Counted from the first letter of the stretch, positions 40,540 through 51,306 are shown. The stretch is 64,000 bases of DNA from an uncultured Candidatus Saccharibacteria bacterium (GCA_964415895.1 CAYQCC010000004.1:243-64242); one strand, 5' to 3'. Made by a program: numbers and translations. Notes: generated by a model not told the origin, from the letters alone.

Positions 40540-41529
40540 TTATATTTTGTGTCGTCCAAGTTTATGCTCGAATATTTGACTGCCTACAACTGCGCACAGA
40601 ACAAGGAAGAGATATATTCCTAGAATTCCCATAACCGATATCGGCAACGATCGCAACGAGCCAAGTATGAATGTACAAATCCATGACACCATCGATACAG
40701 CACCAAATGCGAATGCAAATTTACGTAAATGATGTAATTCGTGCGGATAATCCTGAGGTTCTTCGCCGAATGAAATCTTTACTAACTTTGGTGCAATCAA
40801 TAAGTTCAACAATACTCCGTTTACAAGAACAACGCCAAGAATCACAATCTTTGCCACAAACTTTGTTTTTATAAGATATTCGGCCGACGTTGGAAGGAAG
40901 AGTCCGACACCTGTCAGAATCAACATTCCAAGCGCAAACCACACAACTTGTGAAAGCGTATCCAAAATATCAGCTTCGCTTGCAGAAATCTTGTAATCTT
41001 TCAAAAACTTCATGAAAAACACGTCTGTCACAATCACTGTTCCGACACCAAGTGACGCAGCCAGCGCATGCATCACCACGATAACTGTTTTATATTCAAG
41101 CAAAAACGCGTGCAGGTTCGGACCCAAAGCTGCTCCCGAGAAAACTAATAGCACAATTGATGTGACTGCTGATAGTACACACCAGAAACACCATTCTCGA
41201 ATAACTAACGATTGCACAATCATCAAATAAACTGAAAAGACAACCGCCCCGACTGATAACAAGAATCCAATAACGTACAAATAGTCTGGCAGACTTCCTG
41301 CAAAGATCAAAAAGAATCCGTACAATGCTGCGATAAATCCGTAATATGCCATTCCTAGATTAGTAACATCTATTCCAAAAAACTTACTGTAGGTAGAATA
41401 AACAACAGATTCGCAATCAAATCCGATCGGACATACCAATGGCTGACCTACGTTTTTCTTGTGTCGGATCATCGACGCAATGACAAAGCCGATTAAGGCC
41501 ATAATTAACGTTAAAATATAAAAAATCAT
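40540..41529 (-). CDS. Vitamin K epoxide reductase (VKOR) family membrane protein
   Basis: Loop Cys pair CPIGFDC and active-site CFWC within a multi-TM core. Extra C-terminal TM domain. Confidence 0.65.
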   Translation of the reverse strand: MIFYILTLIMALIGFVIASMIRHKKNVGQPLVCPIGFDCESVVYSTYSKFFGIDVTNLGMAYYGFIAALYGFFLIFAGSLPDYLYVIGFLLSVGAVVFSVYLMIVQSLVIREWCFWCVLSAVTSIVLLVFSGAALGPNLHAFLLEYKTVIVVMHALAASLGVGTVIVTDVFFMKFLKDYKISASEADILDTLSQVVWFALGMLILTGVGLFLPTSAEYLIKTKFVAKIVILGVVLVNGVLLNLLIAPKLVKISFGEEPQDYPHELHHLRKFAFAFGAVSMVSWICTFILGSLRSLPISVMGILGIYLFLVLCAVVGSQIFEHKLGRHKI

Positions 41530-41594
41530 ATGGTTTGATTATATCATCAAGTTACAGGTTTTGCGAAATCAAAAAACCGCCTATTAAAAGCGAC

Positions 41595-41936
41595 TTATTG
41601 AATCTCGTTTATTTTTGCCGCGACAATAAAGTCGTTTTCAGATAACCCGCCAATGGAATGCGTCCACATATCCAAACCGATTCGGTTATACCAAATACTA
41701 ATATCTGGATGATGTCCTGCTTCTTCTGCAATATCCGCAACCTGATTCACCCATTTCATAGCAGTTACAAAGTCTGGGAATAACTTTTCCATCGTAATAT
41801 GCGTACATGCATCGTTTACATTCCATCCAACAAGACTTTCTGCATATTCGCTAAATAATTCTGCAGATTGTTCGCATGACAATGGTTCGATCGAACTGTC
41901 TTCACAGGGTACGCACTTTTTTTCAGAGAGTTTCAT
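41595..41936 (-). CDS. Pterin-4a-carbinolamine dehydratase
   Basis: EEAGHHPDISIWYNRIGLDMWTHSIGGLSENDFIVAAKI. Confidence 0.8.
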   Translation of the reverse strand: MKLSEKKCVPCEDSSIEPLSCEQSAELFSEYAESLVGWNVNDACTHITMEKLFPDFVTAMKWVNQVADIAEEAGHHPDISIWYNRIGLDMWTHSIGGLSENDFIVAAKINEIQ

Positions 41937-42133
41937 GGATTGATTATATCATATGAAAACGAAAAGCGGCCATTACAGCCGCTTAAATTTTGCATTATGT
42001 TTCAGGTAATCCCTATGATTATTTGCCTTATTATTACTTCCTTGCCTGCATGATCGTATAGATAGCCAGACCTTTTAGTGCGCGCAGATAATCATAGACT
42101 TCTAACCTAGATCTATTCCTTTTCAGAAAAATG

Positions 42134-42676
42134 TCAATCTTTCCATTGGATCTTCTTCTGTTCTCGAACATCACATGTTTGAGCAACAAACGATACACGA
42201 CCAGAACCTGCTGCATAGGCACCATAACGAACTGGATTTTTATCTGCATAATCTTGATGATAATCTTCTGCATTATAAAATGTTGGAAGTGGCAATACAT
42301 CAACCGCGATTTTTGAATCAAACAATCCGCTTTCATCAAGTTCTTGTATCAAAGATGCTGCAATTGCCTGCTCTGTTTCATCTGCATAGTACATCGCAGT
42401 TTTATATGCTTCGCCTCGATCATGAAACTGTCCGCCTGCATCGGTTGGATCAATATGATCAAGAAAAAATTGGCAGAGTTTTTTATAGGATGTCTGCTCA
42501 GTGTCATATGTTACAAGTACTGCTTCACGGTAACCTTTGTGATTTTCATAACTTGGTGGAGTTTCCGATTCAGGACCACAATATCCAGATACAGCAGAAA
42601 TAACGCCAGGAATAGCTTTTAAATCATGCTCTACGCACCAGAAACATCCGCCTGCAAATACTGCTGTTTTGTTCAT
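42134..42676 (-). CDS. msrA: Peptide methionine sulfoxide reductase A
   Basis: N-terminal AVFAGGCFWCVE active site. Confidence 0.9.
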   Translation of the reverse strand: MNKTAVFAGGCFWCVEHDLKAIPGVISAVSGYCGPESETPPSYENHKGYREAVLVTYDTEQTSYKKLCQFFLDHIDPTDAGGQFHDRGEAYKTAMYYADETEQAIAASLIQELDESGLFDSKIAVDVLPLPTFYNAEDYHQDYADKNPVRYGAYAAGSGRVSFVAQTCDVREQKKIQWKD

Positions 42677-42765
42677 ATATCCAGTATACCAGAACAGAAT
42701 TGATTGCGATAATAACCAATTAACCCTATACTTATCATATTATTTAATAACTTTCATTTATCTCT

Positions 42766-43863
42766 ATGGAACAACGTGAGCAGAAAACAATCACTTTCTC
42801 AATTAAAACATTATTGAAATGGATTCTTGGTTTAATCATACTTATCGTAGTAGTACTTTTTATTATCCGATCACTTAGTCATTCTCGGATGTTAGGTGTA
42901 TCAGTTGGAGATTCTGTTTCAAGCAATGAAATTACATCTGTTGATTTTCAAGGCAGTGAAACAAGACTCGCAAACCCTATGAGCAGTGGCGCTTTTTACG
43001 GAGGAATGCAGATTCCGCCGATCTTCGGCCGCGATAACAATTCTGTTTCAGATACACGTGAATTCATGAAAGTTAATTATTCAGGAAGCATTAAAACACG
43101 TGATGTAAAAAATACAGCACGCGATGTGCGAGGAATTGTTCGTGATATGGATGGACGTATTGATAGTGAGACTGTAAACGAGAAATATGGATATGTGAGT
43201 TTTGTAATTCCAAAATCAAAATTGGACGATTTCCGAGACGAGATCGAAGCAATAACTCACAAGAAACTTTACACAGAAAATACATCATCACAGAACTTGT
43301 TAAATCAGAAGCAGAATATCGAGCAGAACATGGATCTGACAAACAAATCATTGTCAGACCTGCAGTCGGAAAAAACAAAAGCTGAAGCTGCTCACAACAA
43401 ATCTCTTGCTTCATTACAGGCTCAACTGAAAAGTCTGACAACATCAGCAGAAACCATGCGCGCCAAGCTCGACGCCATGCCTGCAGCAGAAGAAGGCTCA
43501 CCAGAACAAGCGCAGGCAAGAATGACACAAGAAAGCTACATTAATTTTTCAAACCAAGTAGTCGAGCTAAAGAATAAGATCGCTCAAGAAAATAGAGCGT
43601 TTACTGAAAACAAGAAAAGTTTTGATTCTGCGATTGGACAGTTCAATAATCAACTTGGCGAAATTAAAAAAGATGACAAAGCATTTGCTGAAAATATTGA
43701 AACAGTAAACGGATCAGTTTCAATGCAATGGGTCAACCTATGGCAATTAGCAAAAGTATTTTCACCAATTCATCCGATCATTATTATCCTATTACTCGCA
43801 ATCATCCTTTGGTACATCTTAAAAAGATTAAGAATTGTTCCGTTGGTAGTTGTTAAGTGGTAA
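42766..43863 (+). CDS. DUF4349-like membrane-anchored coiled-coil protein
   Basis: N-terminal TM, GSIKTRDV...GIVRDMDGRI core, long coiled coil, C-terminal TM. Confidence 0.45.
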   Translation: MEQREQKTITFSIKTLLKWILGLIILIVVVLFIIRSLSHSRMLGVSVGDSVSSNEITSVDFQGSETRLANPMSSGAFYGGMQIPPIFGRDNNSVSDTREFMKVNYSGSIKTRDVKNTARDVRGIVRDMDGRIDSETVNEKYGYVSFVIPKSKLDDFRDEIEAITHKKLYTENTSSQNLLNQKQNIEQNMDLTNKSLSDLQSEKTKAEAAHNKSLASLQAQLKSLTTSAETMRAKLDAMPAAEEGSPEQAQARMTQESYINFSNQVVELKNKIAQENRAFTENKKSFDSAIGQFNNQLGEIKKDDKAFAENIETVNGSVSMQWVNLWQLAKVFSPIHPIIIILLLAIILWYILKRLRIVPLVVVKW

Positions 43864-43870
43864 ACAAAAA

Positions 43871-43896
43871 ACCAGACTATGTGTCTGGTTTTTTCT
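43871..43896 (+). terminator. Intrinsic terminator
   Basis: aaaaaaccagactatgtgtctggtttttt. Confidence 0.65.
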
Positions 43897-43900
43897 ATAG

Positions 43901-43984
43901 TGCGCGAGGGGAGACTTGAACTCCCACGGCCGTGAAGCCACTACCACCTCAAGGTAGCTTGTCTACCAGTTTCAACACCCGCGC
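43901..43984 (-). tRNA. tRNA-Leu (GAG), type II
   Basis: Anticodon arm CTACC-TTGAGGT-GGTAG, long variable arm, T-arm GGGAGTTCAAGTCTCCC. Confidence 0.8.
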
Positions 43985-44184
43985 AATAGTTTCGAGTATA
44001 CGGATTTACGAGTTTTATTCAAGGTGTGTATTTTCTTACAAATACTCCTCACCGCTTCGCGGAGCTCTTCTAAAAGAGGAGCCATAGTGCCGACGCTTGT
44101 AACATGCTCCTCCTTTAGAGGAGCTGTCCGAAGGACTGAGGAGTACTTGAAATACAAAATAAAAAAACACCTTTCGGCGATTGA

Positions 44185-44685
44185 TTATTCTGCGTCTTTT
44201 GACTCAGTTGTTTCTGATGTCTCGACAGCTTCTGGAGCTGCTTCAACGATCTCAGTTGGAACCTCTACGATTTCCTCTTCCATCATTTCTTCTGGCTGTG
44301 CCAAGTTAGATGATGATACGAAGAAGTCTGTAAAGTTTCGCATTTTACGCCTGATTGCTTTGGTTACCTTGTCTCGGATAAAGTAAAGTTTTGATCGGCG
44401 AACTTTTGCTCGTCGGATCACTTCAATCTTATCGATACTTGGAGAGTAGAGTGGAAAGATTCGCTCTACACCTACACCGTGAGAAATTTTGCGAACGGTG
44501 AATGTCGCACCTGCTTCTGTTCCGTGTTTGCGAGCAATCACGAGACCTTCGAACATCTGGATTCGGGTTTTACCCTTTTCCTCGATCTTCACATGGATAC
44601 GAACGGTATCACCGGTCCGTAGGTCCATCTCCTTGCGTACTGCAAGGGCTGCAGGAATGAATTGTGTATTGGTTATTTGTGCCAT
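44185..44685 (-). CDS. rplS: 50S ribosomal protein L19 with acidic C-terminal extension
   Basis: [31 protein letters not shown]...RRAKLYFIRD core, then about 50 Glu-rich residues. Confidence 0.85.
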   Translation of the reverse strand: MAQITNTQFIPAALAVRKEMDLRTGDTVRIHVKIEEKGKTRIQMFEGLVIARKHGTEAGATFTVRKISHGVGVERIFPLYSPSIDKIEVIRRAKVRRSKLYFIRDKVTKAIRRKMRNFTDFFVSSSNLAQPEEMMEEEIVEVPTEIVEAAPEAVETSETTESKDAE

Positions 44686-44738
44686 ACGTTTGTAATTAAA
44701 TAGTAACCCAAGGACATTAGCACGAAACTCCGGATTAA

Positions 44739-45491
44739 TCAAGAGACGGAAACTAAACTGAATTCTTTTGGCATAGGTGCTTCGAAAGAATATTCCTTTC
44801 CATCAAGATCAGAAAACGTGAGCTTTTTTGCATGAAGCGCTACTCGATTAAAGCCAAGTAAACCAACGCTTTTTGGCGCATACAGACCATCACCAATAAT
44901 AGGATGTTGAATTGATTTCATATGAACGCGCAATTGGTGTGTTCGTCCCGTTTCTGGAAACATTGATACTAATGAATAACGATTCCCTTTTGTATCTGCA
45001 AACTTCTTTTGTGTGACATAGCGAGTTACTGCAGGACGTAGCATTCCACGGGCACCACGACTGGTCGTCCATACACGAATATCGGTCGGATGACGTCCGA
45101 TCGCTGTACTGACGGTTCCACGATCATCTGCCCAGTCCAGTACGATTGCTGTGTATTCCTTTTGAATAGTGTGATCTTGGAATTGTTTTTTTAGTGATTC
45201 ATACGACTCTTTGGTTTTTGCAATAACCATGACACCGGATGTTTCGCGATCCAATCGATGAACGATTCCTGGTCGATCCAACGTCAGCTTCTCGCCTTTA
45301 TGGTCAATAACAAGAGGTTCACCTACTCCTTTAATATCAGGATGTGTTTCTAAAATCCAGTCGATCAACGTTTTACCTTCCCGACGTCCATCAGGATGTA
45401 CAACAAGACCAGATGGTTTGTTTATAACCAACACGTTTTCATTTTCAAATAATATTGTTGGTGTTAATGAGTTCATAACCACAGTATGCAC
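44739..45491 (-). CDS. RluA-family pseudouridine synthase
   Basis: Catalytic [12 protein letters not shown] motif. No S4 domain. Confidence 0.8.
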   Translation of the reverse strand: MHTVVMNSLTPTILFENENVLVINKPSGLVVHPDGRREGKTLIDWILETHPDIKGVGEPLVIDHKGEKLTLDRPGIVHRLDRETSGVMVIAKTKESYESLKKQFQDHTIQKEYTAIVLDWADDRGTVSTAIGRHPTDIRVWTTSRGARGMLRPAVTRYVTQKKFADTKGNRYSLVSMFPETGRTHQLRVHMKSIQHPIIGDGLYAPKSVGLLGFNRVALHAKKLTFSDLDGKEYSFEAPMPKEFSLVSVS

Positions 45492-45539
45492 AAACCAGCC
45501 CCAATGTAAAAGAAAAACCTATAAGACCTTAATCGAAGA

Positions 45540-46052
45540 TCAAGTACTTATAGGTTCAAACTTAGTAATTTGTTTTGTTGCAATTCCAAGAGTTATCAGT
45601 CTCTTTGCAGTAATTCGCTGACCGTCCAGTGCATGTACTTGTGGTTTTGTCAGACTTGTCTTGCTAGAAATAAAACCAGCCATTTGATCACGTAAGTCCG
45701 ATAATCTTTTGTGGTCTATAGCAGGAATTATAATATAATTCGAGACAAAGACTGGCAAATGGATAATTCCAACGGACTCTAGAACAATAATACGCTCGTC
45801 ACCTAATAAAAATATTTTCAGGAAAGAAGAGACAAAGAGTTTTCCTATAGTTGAAACTTTTGTTCCGGATTTTTGAAGTTCCAGAATGCATGATTCAATT
45901 TCCTTATAGAATCCTATCTTTCCTCCGCTCTGAGCATTTATATAAATGATGATTTCGGCCGCAGATCGATTGTTAGTGCAAAAAGCCTTGAACTGTGCAA
46001 CATTTCCTTCTGAAAGTTCTTCAGAAAAGAAAAATGATGGTGTGTCCTTCAT
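45540..46052 (-). CDS. ClpP/S14-like protease-fold protein
   Basis: IIIYINAQSGGKIGF...IIHLP resembles the ClpP core. Only 170 aa, with atypical Ser context. Confidence 0.45.
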   Translation of the reverse strand: MKDTPSFFFSEELSEGNVAQFKAFCTNNRSAAEIIIYINAQSGGKIGFYKEIESCILELQKSGTKVSTIGKLFVSSFLKIFLLGDERIIVLESVGIIHLPVFVSNYIIIPAIDHKRLSDLRDQMAGFISSKTSLTKPQVHALDGQRITAKRLITLGIATKQITKFEPIST

Positions 46053-46320
46053 TTGACTTTTGTTTTTGTTTGATATATAATAGCATTGTTTATTAATTTA
46101 GTCAAGTACCCTCTGGGTACCACAATATATGTCAATGGAATCATTCTCTCAAAATGTGAAATCTGAACCAATCGAAGAAGTTACCGAAGCCGACATTAAT
46201 GTCGACGAAAGCGGAAACATGCGACGCCGACAAGAATTGCAAGATGGATCTGTAGGATTTTGGAGTGACGAAGAGGTTACTGAAGCAAATCGAAACTATC
46301 GAGAAAATCTTCACTAATCA

Positions 46321-46346
46321 TAAAAAACAGGTACTGCCTGTTTTTT
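46321..46346 (+). terminator. Intrinsic terminator
   Basis: aaaaaacaggtactgcctgttttttg. Confidence 0.6.
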
Positions 46347-46382
46347 GTTAAATTTTCAATTTTCTGGTAAGGTGATTTTACT

Positions 46383-46454
46383 GCCCTTGTAGTTCAATGG
46401 ATAGAACAGGAGACTTCTAAGCTCTTAATCGAGGTTCGATTCCTCGCGAGGGCA
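46383..46454 (+). tRNA. tRNA-Arg (TCT)
   Basis: Anticodon loop CTTCTAA, D-arm GTTC-AATGGATA-GAAC, T-arm CGAGGTTCGATTCCTCG. Confidence 0.8.
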
Positions 46455-46560
46455 CATTCAAGGCCGACGCGGAGGCCTCAAAAACCTTAGCAAATCTTTA
46501 TCTTTTCATTATGTATATTTCGTAATTATTTTATGGTAAGGTTCCATAATATATCCGTAT

Positions 46561-48492
46561 ATGCCTGATGAAAACAAAGAGACAACTCAAGAAAAACCAA
46601 AGAATCCCCTCGAAGGGTTTTTTGGCATCAAGGATACGACTAATCTCTATAACTATGTTTTAGTATTGCTTCGGCCAAAAGGAGTGGCCTACGAAATTGA
46701 TCCACTTTGGACAGCATATCAAAACATTATATCTGGCCAAGATGTAGAGATTACAGAAAATTTGATCATGGAATCATTAGAATTGATATTCAACCTAATT
46801 GAGCATGCACAAGGTAATTCCTGCAATCCTTCACCCTTTGTTACATACTGTGACGATATGGGTTTTTGGTTAAAGCCACGTTTGAAAGAAATTGTTGCAT
46901 ATGTGTCCAAAGTCGCACAAAAATATGATTATATAGAATTATCTGATCAGATAAAAAATATACTCACAGATACGGTTATTGACTCGGTCACTAACGGTAA
47001 TGACCAGGACTTATCTCTTGTTAAGGAGTTCATAAAAGAATTCGTTGTTTTGTATTTTCAAGCTCGATTGGAATTTAACAAAGTACCAGGTCGACTTTTA
47101 TATAAATTTCCAAGGTTCGAGGTTTTTGAAATTCTGAAAAATGAAGAGTATGGTCTTTATGGTCTTAATATGCACTTTTCAAATGGATCAAGCGCAAATT
47201 ATGAGCGTGTTGGCGAAAAAAGAACAGGGATGAATATTATGTGTGATCATCCAATAGGTTTTTTTGTTGGGATGAATGATGATTTAAAAAGGGAGTGGCG
47301 TATCGGCGATAAGCATCTTTACGAAATAGGACTTCCTGGAAGATATAATAATTGGGGCGAGTGGAGACCTCTCGTTCATCCGGGCGATTACACACAATTT
47401 GAGACGGAAAGTGTACGCATTGCTGAAGGCGATCTTGAAATAGCGAGCATCTTATTTTTTGTCATGTGTACTGGGCATAGAATAATTGAATTCGTAGCGA
47501 AAACACCAATAGAAATGCCGCATAGTGACTTTTCTCTGGGTGGCCACCTGTATTTGCATAAATGCGACAAGCCTGAGGAAAGTTCCCATCGGGCAAACGA
47601 TTTTGTTTTATATGATGGTCATTTTACTCTTGATGAACTCACCCCACTTGCGATAAGGTCAGCTATTGCTTCTATAAGTGTAGGCTTGAATCGCATGGCA
47701 TTTGCCTATGGATCAAACATTGAATGGGTGCCTAAATATTCAATGGTTCAGCACAACCCCCACGGCAAACCAACTCCTACTGAGGAGGATTTAAAAGTAC
47801 TTGAATCAATGCTGGTTGATTTTCCAAATAATGAAGACGCTATCGTTCTTGATATCTGCATAGACTGGTTTCACCGTGGGGAACTTGCGAGAAAGAAAAA
47901 TGTATTCCTTGCATTCCTTTGTTACTATATTGCACTAGAGAGTGTCGTTATCGCTATCACGGAAGGAGATGCTGATCTTGGATTTAATTATGAAAAAGAA
48001 ACCCGTACGGAAAGAAAAGATCGAGTGAATCAAGGAATCCGCAGTCTACACGAAGAACTATACGAGACCGATCCTGAAAAATTTATCAAGGAAGCCTATT
48101 TCAATCATGTTATTGGACTTAAACAAAGGACGAAACAAATCTGTGAACGAGTATTTGGAGAGGGTCACGAATATATGAAATCTTTGTTTGAAAAAAATGA
48201 GGACGGGTTTTCCCTTTCTGACTTGAGAAGCGAATTAGCACATGGAGGGGCAACCCTTCTAAGCACAGAACATAGAAAAATGATTCGCGAACGATTACCA
48301 GAACTAGCTGAAATTGTCACCAGTTTTGTTAAAAAAATTATTCTTAAACCAGAGCAGGAGTTTCCTAAATGGTCCCGTTCTCATAGTTTTTCTGTGTATC
48401 CAAGCGATCCAAGAGATACTATGATTATGACCGATGAAAGGGTGACGGGCAATGTGGGTGGCTGGAAAATAAAACCAGAGTGGATGGACTAG
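46561..48492 (+). CDS. Large hypothetical protein with C-terminal HEPN-like Rx4H motif (candidate abortive-infection/RNase)
   Basis: 643 aa. C-terminal LSDLRSELAHGG (R-x4-H) in a helical domain. No other recognised domain. Adjacent to a serine recombinase. Confidence 0.35.
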   Translation: MPDENKETTQEKPKNPLEGFFGIKDTTNLYNYVLVLLRPKGVAYEIDPLWTAYQNIISGQDVEITENLIMESLELIFNLIEHAQGNSCNPSPFVTYCDDMGFWLKPRLKEIVAYVSKVAQKYDYIELSDQIKNILTDTVIDSVTNGNDQDLSLVKEFIKEFVVLYFQARLEFNKVPGRLLYKFPRFEVFEILKNEEYGLYGLNMHFSNGSSANYERVGEKRTGMNIMCDHPIGFFVGMNDDLKREWRIGDKHLYEIGLPGRYNNWGEWRPLVHPGDYTQFETESVRIAEGDLEIASILFFVMCTGHRIIEFVAKTPIEMPHSDFSLGGHLYLHKCDKPEESSHRANDFVLYDGHFTLDELTPLAIRSAIASISVGLNRMAFAYGSNIEWVPKYSMVQHNPHGKPTPTEEDLKVLESMLVDFPNNEDAIVLDICIDWFHRGELARKKNVFLAFLCYYIALESVVIAITEGDADLGFNYEKETRTERKDRVNQGIRSLHEELYETDPEKFIKEAYFNHVIGLKQRTKQICERVFGEGHEYMKSLFEKNEDGFSLSDLRSELAHGGATLLSTEHRKMIRERLPELAEIVTSFVKKIILKPEQEFPKWSRSHSFSVYPSDPRDTMIMTDERVTGNVGGWKIKPEWMD

Positions 48493-48494
48493 AC

Positions 48495-49799
48495 CTACTC
48501 CATCATCAATTTCTTATCTTTCAATAAGATCTTACTCTTAATACAACTCAGCACCTCTCGTTTCTCGAGCATCGTGCCGTGCTGTAACATGTACTTTGCG
48601 AAGGTTTTAATGTTTATATCATTACGTTTTTTGGATTGTTGCAAATCCTGTTTCAATACCCCTGTCTGGAATAGTGCGTACCGTGCGACTTCTTTTTCAA
48701 GCTTTTGCTTCAATTCAGTCCTGTCGAGGTTCATCTTTTCAATAATCAACAGCATCTCATCGATGAGCAGTGCTTCTTTTACCGATTCATTTGGACAGTC
48801 CCTGTCTTTCACTTTGGTGCATCGGTAGTACACATGCGCATTGGATCCTCCGTCTTTGAGTACCTTGATCTTTTCCTCGGCAGTAATCCCTGAAGCACAA
48901 TAGGCGCAGTGAAGCATGCTCGTGAATGCAAACTCGCGACCGTACGTTTTCTTTTTTTCAACTTTTATTTTCTCTTGCGCGGCTTCAAATAATTCTCGGG
49001 TAATGATGGGTGTATGCTTGCCCGTATACCATTCCCCACTCTTTTCTGGATATTCAAATACTCCATAAAAGAATGTCATGCGAAGCAACCTGTAAATATT
49101 TCCAAGTGTCAACAATTTTCCGCTCTTGGTTTTGAATCCAGTTTCTTTGAGCCATTTGTATATCTTCCTGCCTGAGTAATTTTCATTGGCGACTTTTTCA
49201 AACATTTCTTTGATAATCGGTGCCCTTTTCGGATCCACGAATACCTGGCATTTCTCGTCCTTGTTCTTGCTATTCAGATATCCAGTCGGTGCCATGGATG
49301 GCCTCAATCCCATCGATGCGCGCGTTCGCAATCCTCGCTTCACATTGATCACCTTGTTGTCGTTCTCGAGCTTTGCCTGCGAACCAAGAATCATGAGAAG
49401 GAATTTTTCATTCGGATTGTTCGTGAACCTCTGCCCACCGAACGTTCGTATCTCAGTCAAAAGTCCCTGATCCATCAGATCCACAATTCTTCCGAGATCG
49501 CCTGCATTACGGCTGATACGGTCGGGTGCCCATGTCAGGATTCCATCGAATTTCTTTTGCTTTATTTCCTCGACAATCTCGTTGAATACTGGCCGTTGCC
49601 CTGCCTCCTTTGCGGAATGAGACTCCTGTTTTATGAGCACGATTTCCAAGTTCTCAGCTTCTGCCATTTTCTGCATTTCCTTGATCTGACTGTCTATGGA
49701 AAGTATCTGCTTGTCCTCCTGTTCCGTACTTTTTCGAGCATACAGGCAGTATTTCACCCTTACAGGTATTGACGGTTTCGCCATTACCCCTGTCGCCAT
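48495..49799 (-). CDS. Large serine recombinase
   Basis: YARKSTEQED catalytic Ser region plus recombinase and Zn-ribbon domains. Start taken at MATGVMAKP (49799). The longer ORF to 49955 reads into the IS. Confidence 0.8.
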   Translation of the reverse strand: MATGVMAKPSIPVRVKYCLYARKSTEQEDKQILSIDSQIKEMQKMAEAENLEIVLIKQESHSAKEAGQRPVFNEIVEEIKQKKFDGILTWAPDRISRNAGDLGRIVDLMDQGLLTEIRTFGGQRFTNNPNEKFLLMILGSQAKLENDNKVINVKRGLRTRASMGLRPSMAPTGYLNSKNKDEKCQVFVDPKRAPIIKEMFEKVANENYSGRKIYKWLKETGFKTKSGKLLTLGNIYRLLRMTFFYGVFEYPEKSGEWYTGKHTPIITRELFEAAQEKIKVEKKKTYGREFAFTSMLHCAYCASGITAEEKIKVLKDGGSNAHVYYRCTKVKDRDCPNESVKEALLIDEMLLIIEKMNLDRTELKQKLEKEVARYALFQTGVLKQDLQQSKKRNDINIKTFAKYMLQHGTMLEKREVLSCIKSKILLKDKKLMME

Positions 49800-49928
49800 T
49801 TGTTGCGTTATATTCATACACACCATCAATGACGCAATCCCTCCGAGGAGTCCAGGACGGGTCTGTTGATAACTAATTCCTCTGAAAGTCCCAGATTTCG
49901 TTTTTCCAATGAAGGAATATAATCCGCA

Positions 49929-51197
49929 ATATGCGGTGTTTTTGTTTGGTCGCAAAATTCTAAAAAATATATGAATAAAATATTATCGTACGATGAATAC
50001 CAGAAGAAAATTAAGAGTCTTACTACTCCTGAAGAAATAGCCGCATTCGCTCAGGAACTTATCACCCCCATGCTGAACAATGTCGCAAAGGATGAGCCGA
50101 ATATTGTCGAGGAAAAAATAGAGAAGAAACTGCCTGCTGATGAAAAGCCAGCAAGCCTACCTACTATCAAGCCTAAGTATAACCGCAGGAATCCTTATCA
50201 GCTGGAAACGATGAGTCCTTGGTATGACGTGGTTGGAAACGACACCGAAGCCATGGTTATCGATCTCTATGCTAAAGGCCTGACTACTCGAGACATCGTA
50301 AACCATCTGAAGCGAAGCCATAACATCGACATTTCCCAGCCCAACGTATCCACGATCACCGACAAGGTATTTCCGCTGGTTAAAGAATGGCAATCCCGCG
50401 CATTGTCATCATGTTATCCGATTCTGTATCTCGACGGCATGCACTTCAAGGTTCGGGATGCTGGGAAGATTTCCTCAAAGGTCGCGTATATCGCTCTTGG
50501 TATCAATCAGTATGGACACAAGGAAATTCTCGGCATCTGGATCAGTGAAACTGAAGGGGCGAAATTCTGGATGCATGTCTTGAACGATCTGAAGAATCGT
50601 GGAGTCGATGACATTCTCATCGCGTGCGTTGACGGATTGAAAGGTTTTCCCGAAGCCATCAAGGCCATGTATCCGCATACCGATGTTCAAGTCTGCGTAG
50701 TTCATCAGATCAGACACACTGTTATGTTCATTGCATCGAAAGATAAGGAAAAGTTTTCCGATGAGTTAAAAACTATCTACACTGCACCATCTGAAGATGC
50801 AGGGTTGGAGGCTCTGAAGAACATGCAGGAACGATGGCCGATTTACCAAGCGTATCTGAAAGGTTGGGAGACGCGCTGGGCAGATCTCGCGCCATTCTTC
50901 AGCTATCCGCAAGCCGTGCGAAAGACCGTTTACACGACAAATGCGATTGAAAATCTCAATCGCCAATTCAGAAAGGTAACCAAGACGACACAACTATTCC
51001 CCCATGACGATGCGCTCTTGAAATTGCTCTGGCTTGCGCAAGCAGACATCACGCAAAATTGGCAAATGGCCATCCGCAATTGGGGCGAGGTCATGGCACA
51101 GCTTAGCATCATGTTTCCTGATCGGGTGCAGTTCTAATAACCAAACTATTAACACTTACTAATTAGCGCGACGCAAACAGATGTTTACACCGCATAT
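49929..51197 (+). mobile_element. IS256-family insertion sequence
   Basis: Transposase gene flanked by imperfect inverted ends atatgcggtgt... (left) and ...acaccgcatat (right). Confidence 0.6.
49971..51137 (+). CDS. IS256-family (Mutator-type) transposase
   Basis: 388 aa. ALGINQYGHKEILGIWI...CVDGLKGFPEAI...VQVCVVHQIRH conserved DDE region. Confidence 0.85.
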   Translation: MNKILSYDEYQKKIKSLTTPEEIAAFAQELITPMLNNVAKDEPNIVEEKIEKKLPADEKPASLPTIKPKYNRRNPYQLETMSPWYDVVGNDTEAMVIDLYAKGLTTRDIVNHLKRSHNIDISQPNVSTITDKVFPLVKEWQSRALSSCYPILYLDGMHFKVRDAGKISSKVAYIALGINQYGHKEILGIWISETEGAKFWMHVLNDLKNRGVDDILIACVDGLKGFPEAIKAMYPHTDVQVCVVHQIRHTVMFIASKDKEKFSDELKTIYTAPSEDAGLEALKNMQERWPIYQAYLKGWETRWADLAPFFSYPQAVRKTVYTTNAIENLNRQFRKVTKTTQLFPHDDALLKLLWLAQADITQNWQMAIRNWGEVMAQLSIMFPDRVQF

Positions 51198-51202
51198 AAA
51201 AA

Positions 51203-51228
51203 ACCAAGATCATATCCTGGTTTTTTAT
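51203..51228 (-). terminator. Intrinsic terminator downstream of tRNA-Arg
   Basis: aaaaaaccaggatatgatcttggtttttt on the minus strand. Confidence 0.55.
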
Positions 51229-51233
51229 CTAAG

Positions 51234-51306
51234 TGCCCTCGGCAGGACTCGAACCCGCATCTTCCTCAGTAGAACAGAGGCACCCTATCCATTGGACCAC
51301 GAGGGC
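51234..51306 (-). tRNA. tRNA-Arg (probable TCT anticodon), second divergent copy
   Basis: Acceptor GCCCTCG/CGAGGGC, T-arm GCGGGTTCGAGTCCTGC, anticodon arm CCTCT-GTTCTAC-TGAGG with a T-T closing mismatch. Only about 70% identical to the tRNA-Arg at 46383 (aligned by eye) and higher GC. Confidence 0.6.

Noticed and set aside
42034-42339. 101-aa ORF overlapping msrA, and many 60-110 aa ORFs inside ileS, argS, glyA, thyA, the ABC-F gene etc.
   Set aside because: Embedded or antisense within well-supported longer genes; no motifs.
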